Positions 28,737 through 38,615 of a stretch of DNA of 64,000 nt are shown piece by piece. Both the position numbers and the translations under genes were made by a program. Position 1 is the first letter of the stretch. The number at the start of each line of letters is the position of its first letter. A model generated the notes under the pieces. It was not told the DNA's origin. It ran no database searches and saw nothing but the letters and a program-made list of their open reading frames with translations. Source of the stretch: a virus; the IMG/VR virus record IMGVR_UViG_3300030060_006317, positions 6,196 to 70,195 of that record; one strand, given 5' to 3'.

Positions 28737-30590
28737 ATGGATTTGGAGAAAAAGATCTTATCAGATATAACGGTTCACATGAAGTATGCCCGATATCTCG
28801 AAAATAAAAACCGTAGAGAAAATTGGGACGAATTGGTAACTCGTAATATGGAAATGCATATTAAAAAGTTTCCAAAATTAGAAAAAGAAATTAGAAAAAA
28901 TTATGAGTTTGTTTATGATAAGAAGGTTCTTCCATCAATGCGCTCAATGCAATTTGGAGGTAAACCAATTGAAGTTTCTCCGAACAGGATATTTAATTGT
29001 GCTTATGCACCAGCAGATGATCCGAGAGTTTTTGGAGAGATCATGTTTCTTCTTCTTGGCGGAACTGGTGTGGGTTATTCTGTGCAAAAACATCACGTTG
29101 AAAACTTACCCGAGATACGAAGACCCACTAATAGAAGCAGAAGGTTTCTCATTGGAGATTCAATTGAAGGATGGGCGGACGCAGTTAAATTACTAATGCA
29201 GTCTTACTTTAAAGGTACTTCAAAAATAAGATTTGACTTCTCAGATATCCGTCCAAAGGGAGCTAGACTAGTTACATCCGGCGGAAAGGCTCCAGGTCCA
29301 CAACCGCTTAGAGAATGTTTGGTAAAAGTAGAGGGAATTTTAGATGCTAAAGAAAATGGTGACAAACTCACTCCTATTGAGGTGCATGATATCATCTGTC
29401 ATATTGCCGATGCTGTTCTGGCGGGAGGTATTCGCCGCGCTGCTCTCATTTCTTTATTCTCGGCTGATGACGAAGAAATGCTCGGAGCCAAAACTGGAGC
29501 ATGGTGGGAACTCAATCCCCAACGTGGACGAGCTAACAACTCCGTAGTTGTAATGCGGCACCGCATTGACAAGCCGACTTTTATGGATTTGTGGAAGCGA
29601 GTTGAAGAATCAAGATCTGGAGAGCCGGGATTTTATTTCTCCAATGATAAAGAGTGGGGTTGTAACCCTTGTTGCGAAATTGGCTTGAGGCCTTTTCAAT
29701 TTTGTAACTTAGTTGAAATAAATGTTTCAGATGTTGCAGACCAAGTAGACCTCAATCAAAGAGCAGCCGCTGCAAGCTTCATAGGCACCCTTCAAGCGTC
29801 TTATACTGACTTTCACTACCTAAGACCTGTTTGGAAGCGTACAACAGAAAGAGACTCCCTTATTGGTGTATCTATGACTGGGATAGCTTCAGGCGGAGTA
29901 TTAGATTTGGATATGTCCGAAGCTTCTTTGCAAGTATCAAAAGAGAATAATCGAGTGGCAAGTGCCATCGGCATCAGACCAGCCGCCCGACAAACTTGTG
30001 TAAAGCCTGCTGGAACAACATCTCTCACTCTTGGAACTTCAAGTGGAATCCATGCGTGGCACAATGACTATTATATACGTAGATTACGCGTTGGAAAGAA
30101 TGAAGCAATTTACCAATATATTACCCAGAATCTCCCAGAATTGATTGAGGATTGTCGATTCCGACCTCATGATACTGCTATTCTTTCTGTTCCTCAAAAA
30201 TCTCCTGCCGGGGCAATAACGCGTCACGAGAGTGCTATTGATTTGCTCGAGAGAGTAAAGAAGGTTTCCAATGAATGGATTAGGCCTGGTCATAAAAATG
30301 GTAGCAATACTCATAATGTATCAGCCACGGTAACTATTAAAGATGGAGAGTGGGAAAACGTTGGAGAGTGGATGTGGAAAAATAGAAAAGTATACAATGG
30401 ATTGTCCGTTCTTCCACATGATGGCGGTACATATATTCAAGCTCCATTTGAAGATTGTAGTAAAGAAACTTATGAAAACATGCTCTCATTACTAAAAAAT
30501 GTAGATTTGGACCTAGTTATAGAGACAACAGATGAAACTGATTTAAGCGGAGAGATCGCTTGTGGCGGTGGCGCCTGTGAAATTTTCTAA
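28737..30590 (+). CDS. nrdJ: Class II (B12-dependent) ribonucleotide reductase
   Basis: VLPSMR, FNC, GGTGVG, GGIRRAALI, CNPCCEI, FCNL, CVKPAGT, C-terminal CGGGACEI. Confidence 0.9.
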   Translation: MDLEKKILSDITVHMKYARYLENKNRRENWDELVTRNMEMHIKKFPKLEKEIRKNYEFVYDKKVLPSMRSMQFGGKPIEVSPNRIFNCAYAPADDPRVFGEIMFLLLGGTGVGYSVQKHHVENLPEIRRPTNRSRRFLIGDSIEGWADAVKLLMQSYFKGTSKIRFDFSDIRPKGARLVTSGGKAPGPQPLRECLVKVEGILDAKENGDKLTPIEVHDIICHIADAVLAGGIRRAALISLFSADDEEMLGAKTGAWWELNPQRGRANNSVVVMRHRIDKPTFMDLWKRVEESRSGEPGFYFSNDKEWGCNPCCEIGLRPFQFCNLVEINVSDVADQVDLNQRAAAASFIGTLQASYTDFHYLRPVWKRTTERDSLIGVSMTGIASGGVLDLDMSEASLQVSKENNRVASAIGIRPAARQTCVKPAGTTSLTLGTSSGIHAWHNDYYIRRLRVGKNEAIYQYITQNLPELIEDCRFRPHDTAILSVPQKSPAGAITRHESAIDLLERVKKVSNEWIRPGHKNGSNTHNVSATVTIKDGEWENVGEWMWKNRKVYNGLSVLPHDGGTYIQAPFEDCSKETYENMLSLLKNVDLDLVIETTDETDLSGEIACGGGACEIF

Positions 30591-30600
30591 GGAGAAAAAT

Positions 30601-30795
30601 ATGAGAGACCAACTAGAAAAAATTATTGCCAACCTTCAAGGAATCCTTGATGAACTTGACAAAGTTGAAGCAGGATCTTATGGATATAAGTCTGCCGCTC
30701 CTCGTGCAAGAAAGGCTCTTATGGAAGCCTCAAAAGAACTTCGCGATGTAAGAACAATAGTTCAAGAAGTCAAAAATTCTCATGAACAAAAGTAA
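30601..30795 (+). CDS. Histone H1-like (Hc1-type) small DNA-binding protein
   Basis: DKVEAG...KSAAPRARKALME..KELRDVR resembles the Hc1 GNKAAG.RARK motif. Confidence 0.55.
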   Translation: MRDQLEKIIANLQGILDELDKVEAGSYGYKSAAPRARKALMEASKELRDVRTIVQEVKNSHEQK

Positions 30796-30802
30796 ATAAT
30801 AC

Positions 30803-30831
30803 TTGACAATACTACTAAAATGTGCTATACT
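30803..30831 (+). promoter_or_regulatory. Sigma70-type promoter
   Basis: TTGACA-17-TATACT. Confidence 0.75.
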
Positions 30832-30867
30832 ATAGACGTATAGCACTTTATTTTTATGGAGGAAAGA

Positions 30868-31158
30868 ATGCATTTTGAACCATTCAATAGACACTTATGG
30901 GTAATGCCGCAATTAAAAAACTCAACACTTGATGAAAAACTTTTTGTCATGCCTGATGAGTATGTTCCGGCAAAAGATCCATTTACTGTTTGTGAGATTA
31001 TTGGAATATCTGACGATTGCGAATTGCAATTGAAACTTGGCGACACAATTATTGTTGATACCACTACACTTTTGGAATTAAAAGCCAAAAATGAAACTAT
31101 TTACGTTGTTCAAGAAAACTACGTCTATGGGAGATTGGAGAATGAAATTAACCAGTAA
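30868..31158 (+). CDS. Co-chaperonin GroES-like
   Basis: FEPFNRHLWV...VMP...LKLGDTIIV...YVVQENYVYG, ~96 aa. Confidence 0.65.
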   Translation: MHFEPFNRHLWVMPQLKNSTLDEKLFVMPDEYVPAKDPFTVCEIIGISDDCELQLKLGDTIIVDTTTLLELKAKNETIYVVQENYVYGRLENEINQ

Positions 31159-31744
31159 AAAATTAAAACAAATGATTAAAGAGGCTCTAGAGGAAAAAAA
31201 GGGTGCATCAAAGTATGAAGATGTTATCGCAATCCTCGAGGGTAGCAACAAAGATGTTAAAACAATTGGAATCATGTCGGGCCAAAACCCAATGGCCCAA
31301 GCATCATCTCCTGATGACAACAAGAGACTAAAAACCAGCCTTGAAGAAAGACTGCAAGAACTTGGTCTTGATTTTATTAGAATCGGCGGTAAGTTTATGG
31401 GGATCTTTGAACAATCAGTCCTCATCCTTAACCCAGAAGATGAAGATCAAATGGAAGTTTTGAATAGAGAATATACTCAATGGGGTTTTGTATATGGAGA
31501 GAAGTATCCAATTGATGCTGAAAAATCTTTTATGGTCTTTACGATGTACGAAGTTGATTATGACAACCCAATGGGACACCGCAAAGCGCCTGGATCAAAG
31601 CAGGTTGGAAAGCCGATTAGAAATCAAGATATGACCAGTACAGATGATAATTATTCCTATATTCCTGGTAAAGGAAATCCTGAAGGTGGAGATCCTAAGG
31701 TTAAGAAGAAATTTGGTTTAGAACTCTATGAAGAGGACCAATGA
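31142..31744 (+). CDS. MKLT-leader protein (putative internal head protein)
   Basis: Starts MKLTSKKLKQMIKEALEE; ACTATTTA at 31096. Confidence 0.65.
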   Translation: MKLTSKKLKQMIKEALEEKKGASKYEDVIAILEGSNKDVKTIGIMSGQNPMAQASSPDDNKRLKTSLEERLQELGLDFIRIGGKFMGIFEQSVLILNPEDEDQMEVLNREYTQWGFVYGEKYPIDAEKSFMVFTMYEVDYDNPMGHRKAPGSKQVGKPIRNQDMTSTDDNYSYIPGKGNPEGGDPKVKKKFGLELYEEDQ

Positions 31745-32424
31745 AAATTGATCTTTATGACGATGGCATTGGATGTGTTGAATACGTTCAGCATATGGGA
31801 GAGGACATTACGGTAGTTAACTCCGCTAGGGTGTCATTTGGAGCACACAAGGAGACGATGGATGAAAGAGACAAAAAACTCATCAAATACCTCATCAAAC
31901 ACCGACACACCTCAACACTGGAACACAACACTATTACACTTAGGTTTGCTGTACCTTTGTTTGTGCGTTCTCAGCACCATCGTCATAGAACTTGGTCTTA
32001 TAATGAAATTTCTCGTCGCTATACTGATGTAGATATTTCTTTTTATGAACCGAAAATGTTTAGAACTCAACACAAGAGTAATCGTCAAGCATCTAGTGAT
32101 AAATTGATTAATCCAGAGATACAATGGGATAAAACAACAGCGCATCATTTAGTTACAGCTCATCATAAGAAATCTTTAAGATTATTTGATGATTTAATAC
32201 TTTCTGGGGTGTGCCGTGAACAAGCAAGGGGTGTATTGCCACAAAACTTATATACTCATTACTACGGAACAGTAAATCTCAATAATTTATTAAAATTTAT
32301 TGATCTTCGTATTCATGAGGGTGCACAATGGGAGATTCAACAAGTCGCAAAGGCTTGTTTGGATATTGTAACAGAAATTTGGCCATTTACCGTTGGTGCA
32401 TATCGTGAAATCAGGCAATCCTAA
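31741..32424 (+). CDS. thyX: FAD-dependent thymidylate synthase
   Basis: VVNSARVSF, HTSTLEH, RHRTWSYNEISRRY, REQARGVLP, AQWEIQ. Confidence 0.95.
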   Translation: MKIDLYDDGIGCVEYVQHMGEDITVVNSARVSFGAHKETMDERDKKLIKYLIKHRHTSTLEHNTITLRFAVPLFVRSQHHRHRTWSYNEISRRYTDVDISFYEPKMFRTQHKSNRQASSDKLINPEIQWDKTTAHHLVTAHHKKSLRLFDDLILSGVCREQARGVLPQNLYTHYYGTVNLNNLLKFIDLRIHEGAQWEIQQVAKACLDIVTEIWPFTVGAYREIRQS

Positions 32425-32662
32425 ATTTAAAAAAGGAGATCTTGTTTTCTTTCGGAAATTTAAAATTATACCGAAAAAACCTTCTCTGGGAATAGTTGTC
32501 TCAGAGCCTCAATTGATGTTCGTTCATGATTGGGAAATGATACCTCACCCATATAAGAATTATTGGTGTTACAATATAATCGCTGAAGAACAACTATTTA
32601 AAGACATACCTGAAGATATGTTAAGGAGTGTTAATGATGAAGATGAAAAATATTCTGAATGA
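32405..32662 (+). CDS. Small SH3/KOW-like protein
   Basis: KFKKGDLVFF...LGIVV...IPEDMLRSV. Confidence 0.55.
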   Translation: MKSGNPKFKKGDLVFFRKFKIIPKKPSLGIVVSEPQLMFVHDWEMIPHPYKNYWCYNIIAEEQLFKDIPEDMLRSVNDEDEKYSE

Positions 32663-33392
32663 ATGGAAGAAGTTTACCATTCAAGAAGCAAAAAATGACG
32701 GACTATATCAAGCTATGCGCGTACAGCCTGGATCTTTAGATATATTTCTTAGACATTTTGTTGAAGATAATCCGCATGCCGATAATAAAATCAGAAGTTG
32801 GATTGAATCAAACTACAAAGACCAAATTGAAGCAGTACGAGAAGAAGATATTCCTCCAACAGACCTTAGAGGACACAGAGATAGACTTACAAAAGTAAAA
32901 AACGCTCTCTACGGAGGTCAGTCATATTGGTGGGCAACTATTTTTCCGGGATATGACGCAGCCAGAGATTTGGTTAATTATAAAACAGAACTTTACTATG
33001 ATGATCTCCGAGCTGCTATTGAAGGTTTACAATATAATGGTAAAGGGTATCGAGAAGTAACTTCTGAAGAATTTGAAGCAATGCCAGAAGAGCAAAGAAA
33101 TGTTTCATATGAAAAGCATTTTTGGGAAGATTACTTGGAGAGTTTTTTCAACAACTTTATTGGAGGTACCCAAGCTACGAATACAATGGATTATGTTGGA
33201 GCAAAAGGAGTTCAGACTGGGTTGTTTGGCCAATTGAAAGATTGGTGGATGGGAGGAGAAGGAATGCCTGTGTGGAAAGGTTCTTTTAGAAGGGAGAGAG
33301 ATGCTCTCTATCAAGAATTTAGAAGACCACAGGATCCGGAAGAAGGTAGGCAAGAGGTGATACCATCAAAAGAATCCCCGTTCAAAAAATAG
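32634..33392 (+). CDS. Putative virion protein with MKxIL(N)EW(K/R)KF leader
   Basis: MKNILNEWKKFTIQEA; AAGGAG RBS; ACTATTTA at 32593. Confidence 0.6.
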   Translation: MMKMKNILNEWKKFTIQEAKNDGLYQAMRVQPGSLDIFLRHFVEDNPHADNKIRSWIESNYKDQIEAVREEDIPPTDLRGHRDRLTKVKNALYGGQSYWWATIFPGYDAARDLVNYKTELYYDDLRAAIEGLQYNGKGYREVTSEEFEAMPEEQRNVSYEKHFWEDYLESFFNNFIGGTQATNTMDYVGAKGVQTGLFGQLKDWWMGGEGMPVWKGSFRRERDALYQEFRRPQDPEEGRQEVIPSKESPFKK

Positions 33393-34132
33393 TCGTCGGT
33401 AGAAGCCTGACAGCCATGTTGTATGCATGGAGAACTCAATCCAAATGTATAATAAAAGATCCCTTATACGTCTTTAAGTTTGATAAGAATTTAAGGAATT
33501 TTGATTTTTCTTTTATGAACGCTGAGGATCCGAGTCGTTTTTATCATAATTTATCTTTTGCTTTGGCTTTTAGTTCTCTTATGTTGACTCCAAATGATGT
33601 ATCCTCATTTCGAGAGGAAGGTGATGAATTTCACTTAATAACAAAGGGCAATAGAAAGATGATACTACAGCCCGATGAAGTTGTTTATTTTGATAAAAAT
33701 GATTCTGAAGACTTGATGGTATATGATTTTTTTGACATTAGAGAAATGACCGGCAATAACAAATCTAGAATAGAAGATTATGATTCAAGTTTTGTTAATG
33801 AAATAAATTTTTACAAAAGCAAAAGATCAGGTTTTAATGGAAAAGACCTTGTGTTATCCTCAAGATTAAACACTGGTCAACTTTTGGATGCTGACTATGG
33901 CCAAGGAATAGCTATGATTAAAGCCATACGTATGCTTAAAAATGCTGGTTTAAATGGCAAGTTTGCACATCAACGTGGAGATAAACGATACTACAAGAGA
34001 ATAAAGTTGGATTTTTTTAAAAGAGAAGTCTCACCGATAATGGAAAATGACTTAACTTTTAAGCAAGTATATGAAATGAAGCAAGAAGAAGGTGTTCCAT
34101 GGAAAACAATAGAAAAACTAAGACACAGATAG
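33365..34132 (+). CDS. Hypothetical protein with Rossmann-like N-terminus (start uncertain: ATC 33365 or ATG 33416)
   Basis: Frame open upstream of ATG 33416 giving KIVVGRSLTAMLYA; GAGGTG SD before ATC 33365. Confidence 0.5.
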   Translation: MKRIPVQKIVVGRSLTAMLYAWRTQSKCIIKDPLYVFKFDKNLRNFDFSFMNAEDPSRFYHNLSFALAFSSLMLTPNDVSSFREEGDEFHLITKGNRKMILQPDEVVYFDKNDSEDLMVYDFFDIREMTGNNKSRIEDYDSSFVNEINFYKSKRSGFNGKDLVLSSRLNTGQLLDADYGQGIAMIKAIRMLKNAGLNGKFAHQRGDKRYYKRIKLDFFKREVSPIMENDLTFKQVYEMKQEEGVPWKTIEKLRHR

Positions 34133-34995
34133 ACAATCTTGTCGGCATTATTCCAATTTCTGGTCACGATACTTTTGATTTTAATCAACCTTGGCCAAAC
34201 TGCATGATGCCTATAGGACCAGGATACAATCTGATAGAGGCTGCTGTGGTTGAGTGTGCTTGGGCTGGTTGTAAATCTATATGGATTGTTGTAAATGATG
34301 ATATTGCCCCAATAATAAGAAAGACAATTGGAGATTTTTGTGGAGACCCTGTTTGGGCAAACAGAAAGTTTGACCCACACCCAGGAATGTCTAAGAGAAG
34401 GATACCAATTTATTATGTTGGCATCAACCCAAAAGACAGATACAGGAGAGATTGTATATCGTGGTCCGTTATTCAAGGATCACTCAGCGCCTTTAAGATA
34501 TTGACAAGTATCTCAGAGTGGATGGAGCCATCAAAATATTATGTTTCTTTTCCACATGGTTATTTTACACCTTGGCAACTCCGAGAACATAGAAAAATAA
34601 TTAATTCTTCAAAAAACACAATAATCTCCTTTAATAATAAAACTGTTCTTAATGATAATTTTTGTTCTTTTTCTTTTGGCAAGGATGAATGGATTGAATT
34701 CCGTAAAATTATAAGAAGCGGAACCGGAAAGCGAGTCCCAGGCTCGCACCCAGATGATGAACTTCTTTTGGATCCCAAAGAAAGATGGTCAGCCAGATTT
34801 TTTGGAATAGATAAAGTTTTTGAACCACTTAAGGAAAGTAGTCCTTATGAAATAAAAGTTGATAATTACTTTAATGTTAGAAATTGGGAAGAATATTTAA
34901 CTTTCTTAAATATTTCTCGAGACTTAGTGATCAAGAGGCCTTCAAAATCAATCCTCTTTGGAGCAAAATACAATAAGGTAGCAGACGATGATTAG
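34099..34995 (+). CDS. Divergent sugar-nucleotidyltransferase-fold protein
   Basis: GIIPISG...P..MMPIG..NLIEAAVVECAWAGCKSIWIVV...NVRNWEEY. Confidence 0.55.
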   Translation: MENNRKTKTQIDNLVGIIPISGHDTFDFNQPWPNCMMPIGPGYNLIEAAVVECAWAGCKSIWIVVNDDIAPIIRKTIGDFCGDPVWANRKFDPHPGMSKRRIPIYYVGINPKDRYRRDCISWSVIQGSLSAFKILTSISEWMEPSKYYVSFPHGYFTPWQLREHRKIINSSKNTIISFNNKTVLNDNFCSFSFGKDEWIEFRKIIRSGTGKRVPGSHPDDELLLDPKERWSARFFGIDKVFEPLKESSPYEIKVDNYFNVRNWEEYLTFLNISRDLVIKRPSKSILFGAKYNKVADDD

Positions 34996-35602
34996 TAAAC
35001 TTAAAATTAGAAAACTAATAAGTGAGTATCGTGCTCTAAGATATGAATTGGCAATGGTAGAGGAGATCCTAGAAAAAGGACATTTAGAATTTGAAAAATA
35101 CTATAGAAGATGGTGCGCAGAAAACGATGTTGACATAGATCAACTAGGCAATGACAACAAAAGACAGTTAGACTTAGAGTTTATAGAAGCCAAATCAGCA
35201 GATTTAAAAAGAACTCTGAAAGAGTTAGAAGAAGAAGAGATCCAAAAAGATAAATACAAACATTTATTTAAAGAAGTTGCTAAAAAAGTACATCCTGATA
35301 GAATTTCGTCGGATGATTCTCGATATTGGGAATTGAATACAGATTTTAAATTCGCCTCAGATGCAAAATCTAAAGGCGACTGGGGCAGACTCTTGGACAT
35401 TGCCGAGAAGCACGGAATATATGCGAGAGACCACGCCGAAGCGTCTTTGGATATGAGAGAATCAATAACAAAATTAGAACAAAAGATAAACAAAGAAAAA
35501 TCAACATACTCTTGGAAACTACATGAGTGTGAAGATGATGAGAACTGTAAGCAAATGGTTGTAAAAAACTTTCTTCTTCAACTGTTTGGATGGAAGCAGT
35601 AA
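34988..35602 (+). CDS. J-domain (DnaJ-like) protein
   Basis: KHLFKEVAKKVHPDR with HPD motif inside coiled coils. Confidence 0.7.
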   Translation: MISKLKIRKLISEYRALRYELAMVEEILEKGHLEFEKYYRRWCAENDVDIDQLGNDNKRQLDLEFIEAKSADLKRTLKELEEEEIQKDKYKHLFKEVAKKVHPDRISSDDSRYWELNTDFKFASDAKSKGDWGRLLDIAEKHGIYARDHAEASLDMRESITKLEQKINKEKSTYSWKLHECEDDENCKQMVVKNFLLQLFGWKQ

Positions 35603-35604
35603 GA

Positions 35605-35778
35605 ATGATGGATATTTATGTCGGATGCTTGGTTGTTCACAAACTACCGTCTCGACATAGTGAATTGCAAATTGGAGTTGTACTAGCCATACATCAATAT
35701 ACAGGGTTTGCAGAAGTAAAGTGGTCTGATGGCAGCACTAGAAAGCATATTATAACTTTGCTAAAACGAATTGCATGA
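35605..35778 (+). CDS. Small SH3/KOW-like protein
   Basis: IYVGCLVVH...IGVVL...EVKWSDG....LLKRI. Confidence 0.55.
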   Translation: MMDIYVGCLVVHKLPSRHSELQIGVVLAIHQYTGFAEVKWSDGSTRKHIITLLKRIA

Positions 35779-35786
35779 ACTATTTA
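35779..35786 (+). promoter_or_regulatory. Putative late promoter motif ACTATTTA
   Basis: Intergenic, heads the six-gene MKLT cluster. Confidence 0.6.
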
Positions 35787-35806
35787 TATCCATATGAGGG
35801 TGTGGT

Positions 35807-36424
35807 ATGAAAATTACTAATGAAGAATTGATTCAAATCATCAAAGAGGAGCTAATCGCTGTCATTGATGAAAAGAAAGGAAAGAAGCGTAAAGCTGCCA
35901 AAAAGAAGCGAAGAAAGAAAAAGAAAGCTAAAAAAGCTAAGAAAGATGCTTGCTATCACAAAGTGAAATCTCGCTATGATGTGTGGCCATCTGCTTATGC
36001 TTCCGGTGCTCTTGTTAAGTGCCGCAAGGTTGGAGCTGCCAACTGGGGCAACTCAAAGAAAGAAGGTTTAGACGAAGAGTTTAAGCCACACGATATGTAT
36101 GACCCAGAGACTGGCGAGAAGCACGATGCCGAAGTTGAAGCCGATCATGTTGATATGGCAGGCAAGGGCTTCGTCCATGTTGATCCGAAGAAGATTGAGA
36201 AGATCCTCCGTGATGAAGGCGGCGCTGCTGGAATGGATCCGTTCCTGAAAGAGTTCGGAGAAGAGATGGAAGAGGAAATTCTCAAAGCATTGGAAGAAAT
36301 GCCAAGTGTCGCTCAACACGAAGATGGAGACTACATCCTTGATGATGACAAAGACGTCAACCTTCAAGAAGCAAAGAACTGTGGATGTGGCCAAGATCCC
36401 TGCAAGACTTACGGAAAACAATAA
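35807..36424 (+). CDS. MKLT-leader modular protein
   Basis: MKITNEELIQIIKEEL; Lys-rich tract; DACYHKVKSRY.VWPSAYASGALVKCRK module. Confidence 0.75.
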   Translation: MKITNEELIQIIKEELIAVIDEKKGKKRKAAKKKRRKKKKAKKAKKDACYHKVKSRYDVWPSAYASGALVKCRKVGAANWGNSKKEGLDEEFKPHDMYDPETGEKHDAEVEADHVDMAGKGFVHVDPKKIEKILRDEGGAAGMDPFLKEFGEEMEEEILKALEEMPSVAQHEDGDYILDDDKDVNLQEAKNCGCGQDPCKTYGKQ

Positions 36425-37375
36425 ATGAAACTCACCAATGAAGAACTATTGCAGATCGTCAAAGAAGAGCTTGATGCCGTTTTGAATGAAAAGTGTCAGA
36501 AAGGCTACAAAACTCACGAGAAGAGAAAAACAAAAAAAATGTTTGGAAGGACTTATCGCAATTGCATAAAGGCAGAAGAGGGAATGGAAGAGGAAAAAAA
36601 TCCTAGAATTCCAAGAAAGAAAGGACAACCTGCTAAGAGCAAGAAACACTCCGATCTATACACAGATGAAGATCCAAAAGGAACAATCCATGGACTAAAG
36701 TTTGCCACAGAAGCAGATGCTAAAAAGAGTGTGGCTAAGATTAAGAAATCTGGAAGATCTCACGCCCACAAAGTTCAGGCTGCTGTAGCGATGGAACAGA
36801 GAGCAAAAGCTGCCGGCAAGAAAAGTGCTGCCGCAGTTTACAGAAAATACATTAACTCCGTCAAAAAAGAAGAAGTTTATTCAGAAAAGCAACGAAGATA
36901 CATGTGCGCTATGGCAGAGCCTGATGCAGACAGACCAGATGGTTTGAGCCAAGCTGAAGCTGAAGAAATGTGCAAAGGTCCAATGAAAAAAGAAGCCAAA
37001 GCATATCATTGGGATGAGCCCAATTGGCATTATGATGGTGGCTATGGCGATCCTGAAGGTCCTGATTCCAAGTGGTATATGACTGAAGCGGAGCTTGAAG
37101 AGAAAAAGAAAAAGCGTAAGAAAGCTGGAACTGAGTCCAGCAAAGAGTCTTCCCTCCGCGACTGGTTTGGTCGTAAAGGAGCAAAAGGCAAGAAGAAAGG
37201 TTGGGTTGATTGTAATGCCCCCGACGGCAAAGGTGGATACAAGTCTTGCGGTCGTGGATCAGGCGAGAAAAGAAAGAAGTATCCTGCATGTCGTCCAACT
37301 CCCGGCGCATGTAAAGAAAGAGGTAAAGGAAAGTCTTGGGGTAAAAAAGCTAAAAAACAAGGAAAAAGAAAATGA
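36425..37375 (+). CDS. MKLT-leader modular basic protein
   Basis: MKLTNEELLQIVKEEL; several Cys/Lys-rich modules separated by Glu-rich linkers. Confidence 0.75.
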   Translation: MKLTNEELLQIVKEELDAVLNEKCQKGYKTHEKRKTKKMFGRTYRNCIKAEEGMEEEKNPRIPRKKGQPAKSKKHSDLYTDEDPKGTIHGLKFATEADAKKSVAKIKKSGRSHAHKVQAAVAMEQRAKAAGKKSAAAVYRKYINSVKKEEVYSEKQRRYMCAMAEPDADRPDGLSQAEAEEMCKGPMKKEAKAYHWDEPNWHYDGGYGDPEGPDSKWYMTEAELEEKKKKRKKAGTESSKESSLRDWFGRKGAKGKKKGWVDCNAPDGKGGYKSCGRGSGEKRKKYPACRPTPGACKERGKGKSWGKKAKKQGKRK

Positions 37376-37896
37376 AATTAACAGAAGAAATATTAAAAGA
37401 ATTAATTAAAGAGGTTTTAGATGAAGGTCGTCTTCCCGATATTCCTGGTGTTTACCGAAATCCATTTACCGGAGAAGACTTAACACCAGAGCAAAAAGCT
37501 CGTCTTGATCAACCACTAGACCTAACACTAGACAAGCCAGCTTGGTTCCTTGATCTTAAAATGAGATATAAAGCAGAGAATCGAACCCCAGAGGAGAAAG
37601 CAGCGTTTGCTGATGAGTTGGCCCAAAGGGAACGTGACGATCAAGCTCGAATAGATCGAGAGATTGAGAGAGAGCGCCAAAGAGAAAAGAATTTAGAGCG
37701 TGACCGTATGGATTACCTTAAAACTACAAAAGCCTCACACGGTGGAAAGTTTCCAATACCTGGTCCCGATGGAGAGATGACTGTCCGAGGCGTTGGTGTC
37801 TTGGAAGATCCACCAGAAGATCCACCTCTAAGAGCAGTTCCATCTCGCCGTAGGAGAAGAACCTCTGGTCCATTGCGCGAAGGTAAAGAGAAATGA
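37372..37896 (+). CDS. MKLT-leader protein
   Basis: MKLTEEILKELIKEVLDE. Confidence 0.7.
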   Translation: MKLTEEILKELIKEVLDEGRLPDIPGVYRNPFTGEDLTPEQKARLDQPLDLTLDKPAWFLDLKMRYKAENRTPEEKAAFADELAQRERDDQARIDREIERERQREKNLERDRMDYLKTTKASHGGKFPIPGPDGEMTVRGVGVLEDPPEDPPLRAVPSRRRRRTSGPLREGKEK

Positions 37897-38372
37897 AAAT
37901 CACATCAGAAAATTTAAAGCAAATTATCAGAGAAGAGCTAGAAACTGCCATCTTTGAAGATGTGATCGAAGAAGAGGGGCTTTTGTACGAAGGAGACGAT
38001 TCAATCCTTGAAGTGTTTGAGGATGCAACCCTTGAAGAAGGTGGACACGCTTGTGGTGCTTGTCTGTTTGAAATGTTGCAAGAAGCATCTTGTGGCTGCC
38101 CTGATCTTATGGGCGAAGCCGTGTATCAAGGCAAGACCGTTCAACTTAACAAGCCAACCCGTGGCGATGTCAAGAAGTTCAAGGTATATGTCAACTCAGG
38201 CAAGAAAGATAAGGAAGGACGAGTCAAGGCAAAGAAAATTAACTTTGGAGACAAAAAGATGAAAATCAAGAAGTCAAACCCAAAGCGAAGAAAATCTTTT
38301 AGAGCACGACATAAGTGCCACACAGCGAAGGATAAGAAGACCGCCCGTTATTGGTCTTGCAAAAAGTGGTAG
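37893..38372 (+). CDS. MKLT-leader protein with basic C-terminal module
   Basis: MKITSENLKQIIREEL; EAVYQGKTVQLNKP...RRKSFRARHKC...ARYWSCKKW. Confidence 0.75.
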   Translation: MKITSENLKQIIREELETAIFEDVIEEEGLLYEGDDSILEVFEDATLEEGGHACGACLFEMLQEASCGCPDLMGEAVYQGKTVQLNKPTRGDVKKFKVYVNSGKKDKEGRVKAKKINFGDKKMKIKKSNPKRRKSFRARHKCHTAKDKKTARYWSCKKW

Positions 38373-38380
38373 GAACTAAA

Positions 38381-38614
38381 ATGAAATTAACTAAAGAACA
38401 ATTAAAGCAAATTATCTCAGAAGAACTTGAGACTTTTCAAGAGCAAGAAGGTCAAGAAGGATCATTTTTGCAAATTTCTGTATCAAACGATGGATACGAT
38501 ATAGACATTGAACAAATATCGAATCCCGATGAAGTTAATATTGATGTATCCGAGAATCCATATGTTGCCTACAGAGCAGTTGTAAAAGTTATAAAATCAA
38601 GCGGAGAACTCTAA
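38381..38614 (+). CDS. MKLT-leader small protein
   Basis: MKLTKEQLKQIISEELE. Confidence 0.7.
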   Translation: MKLTKEQLKQIISEELETFQEQEGQEGSFLQISVSNDGYDIDIEQISNPDEVNIDVSENPYVAYRAVVKVIKSSGEL

Positions 38615-38615
38615 A

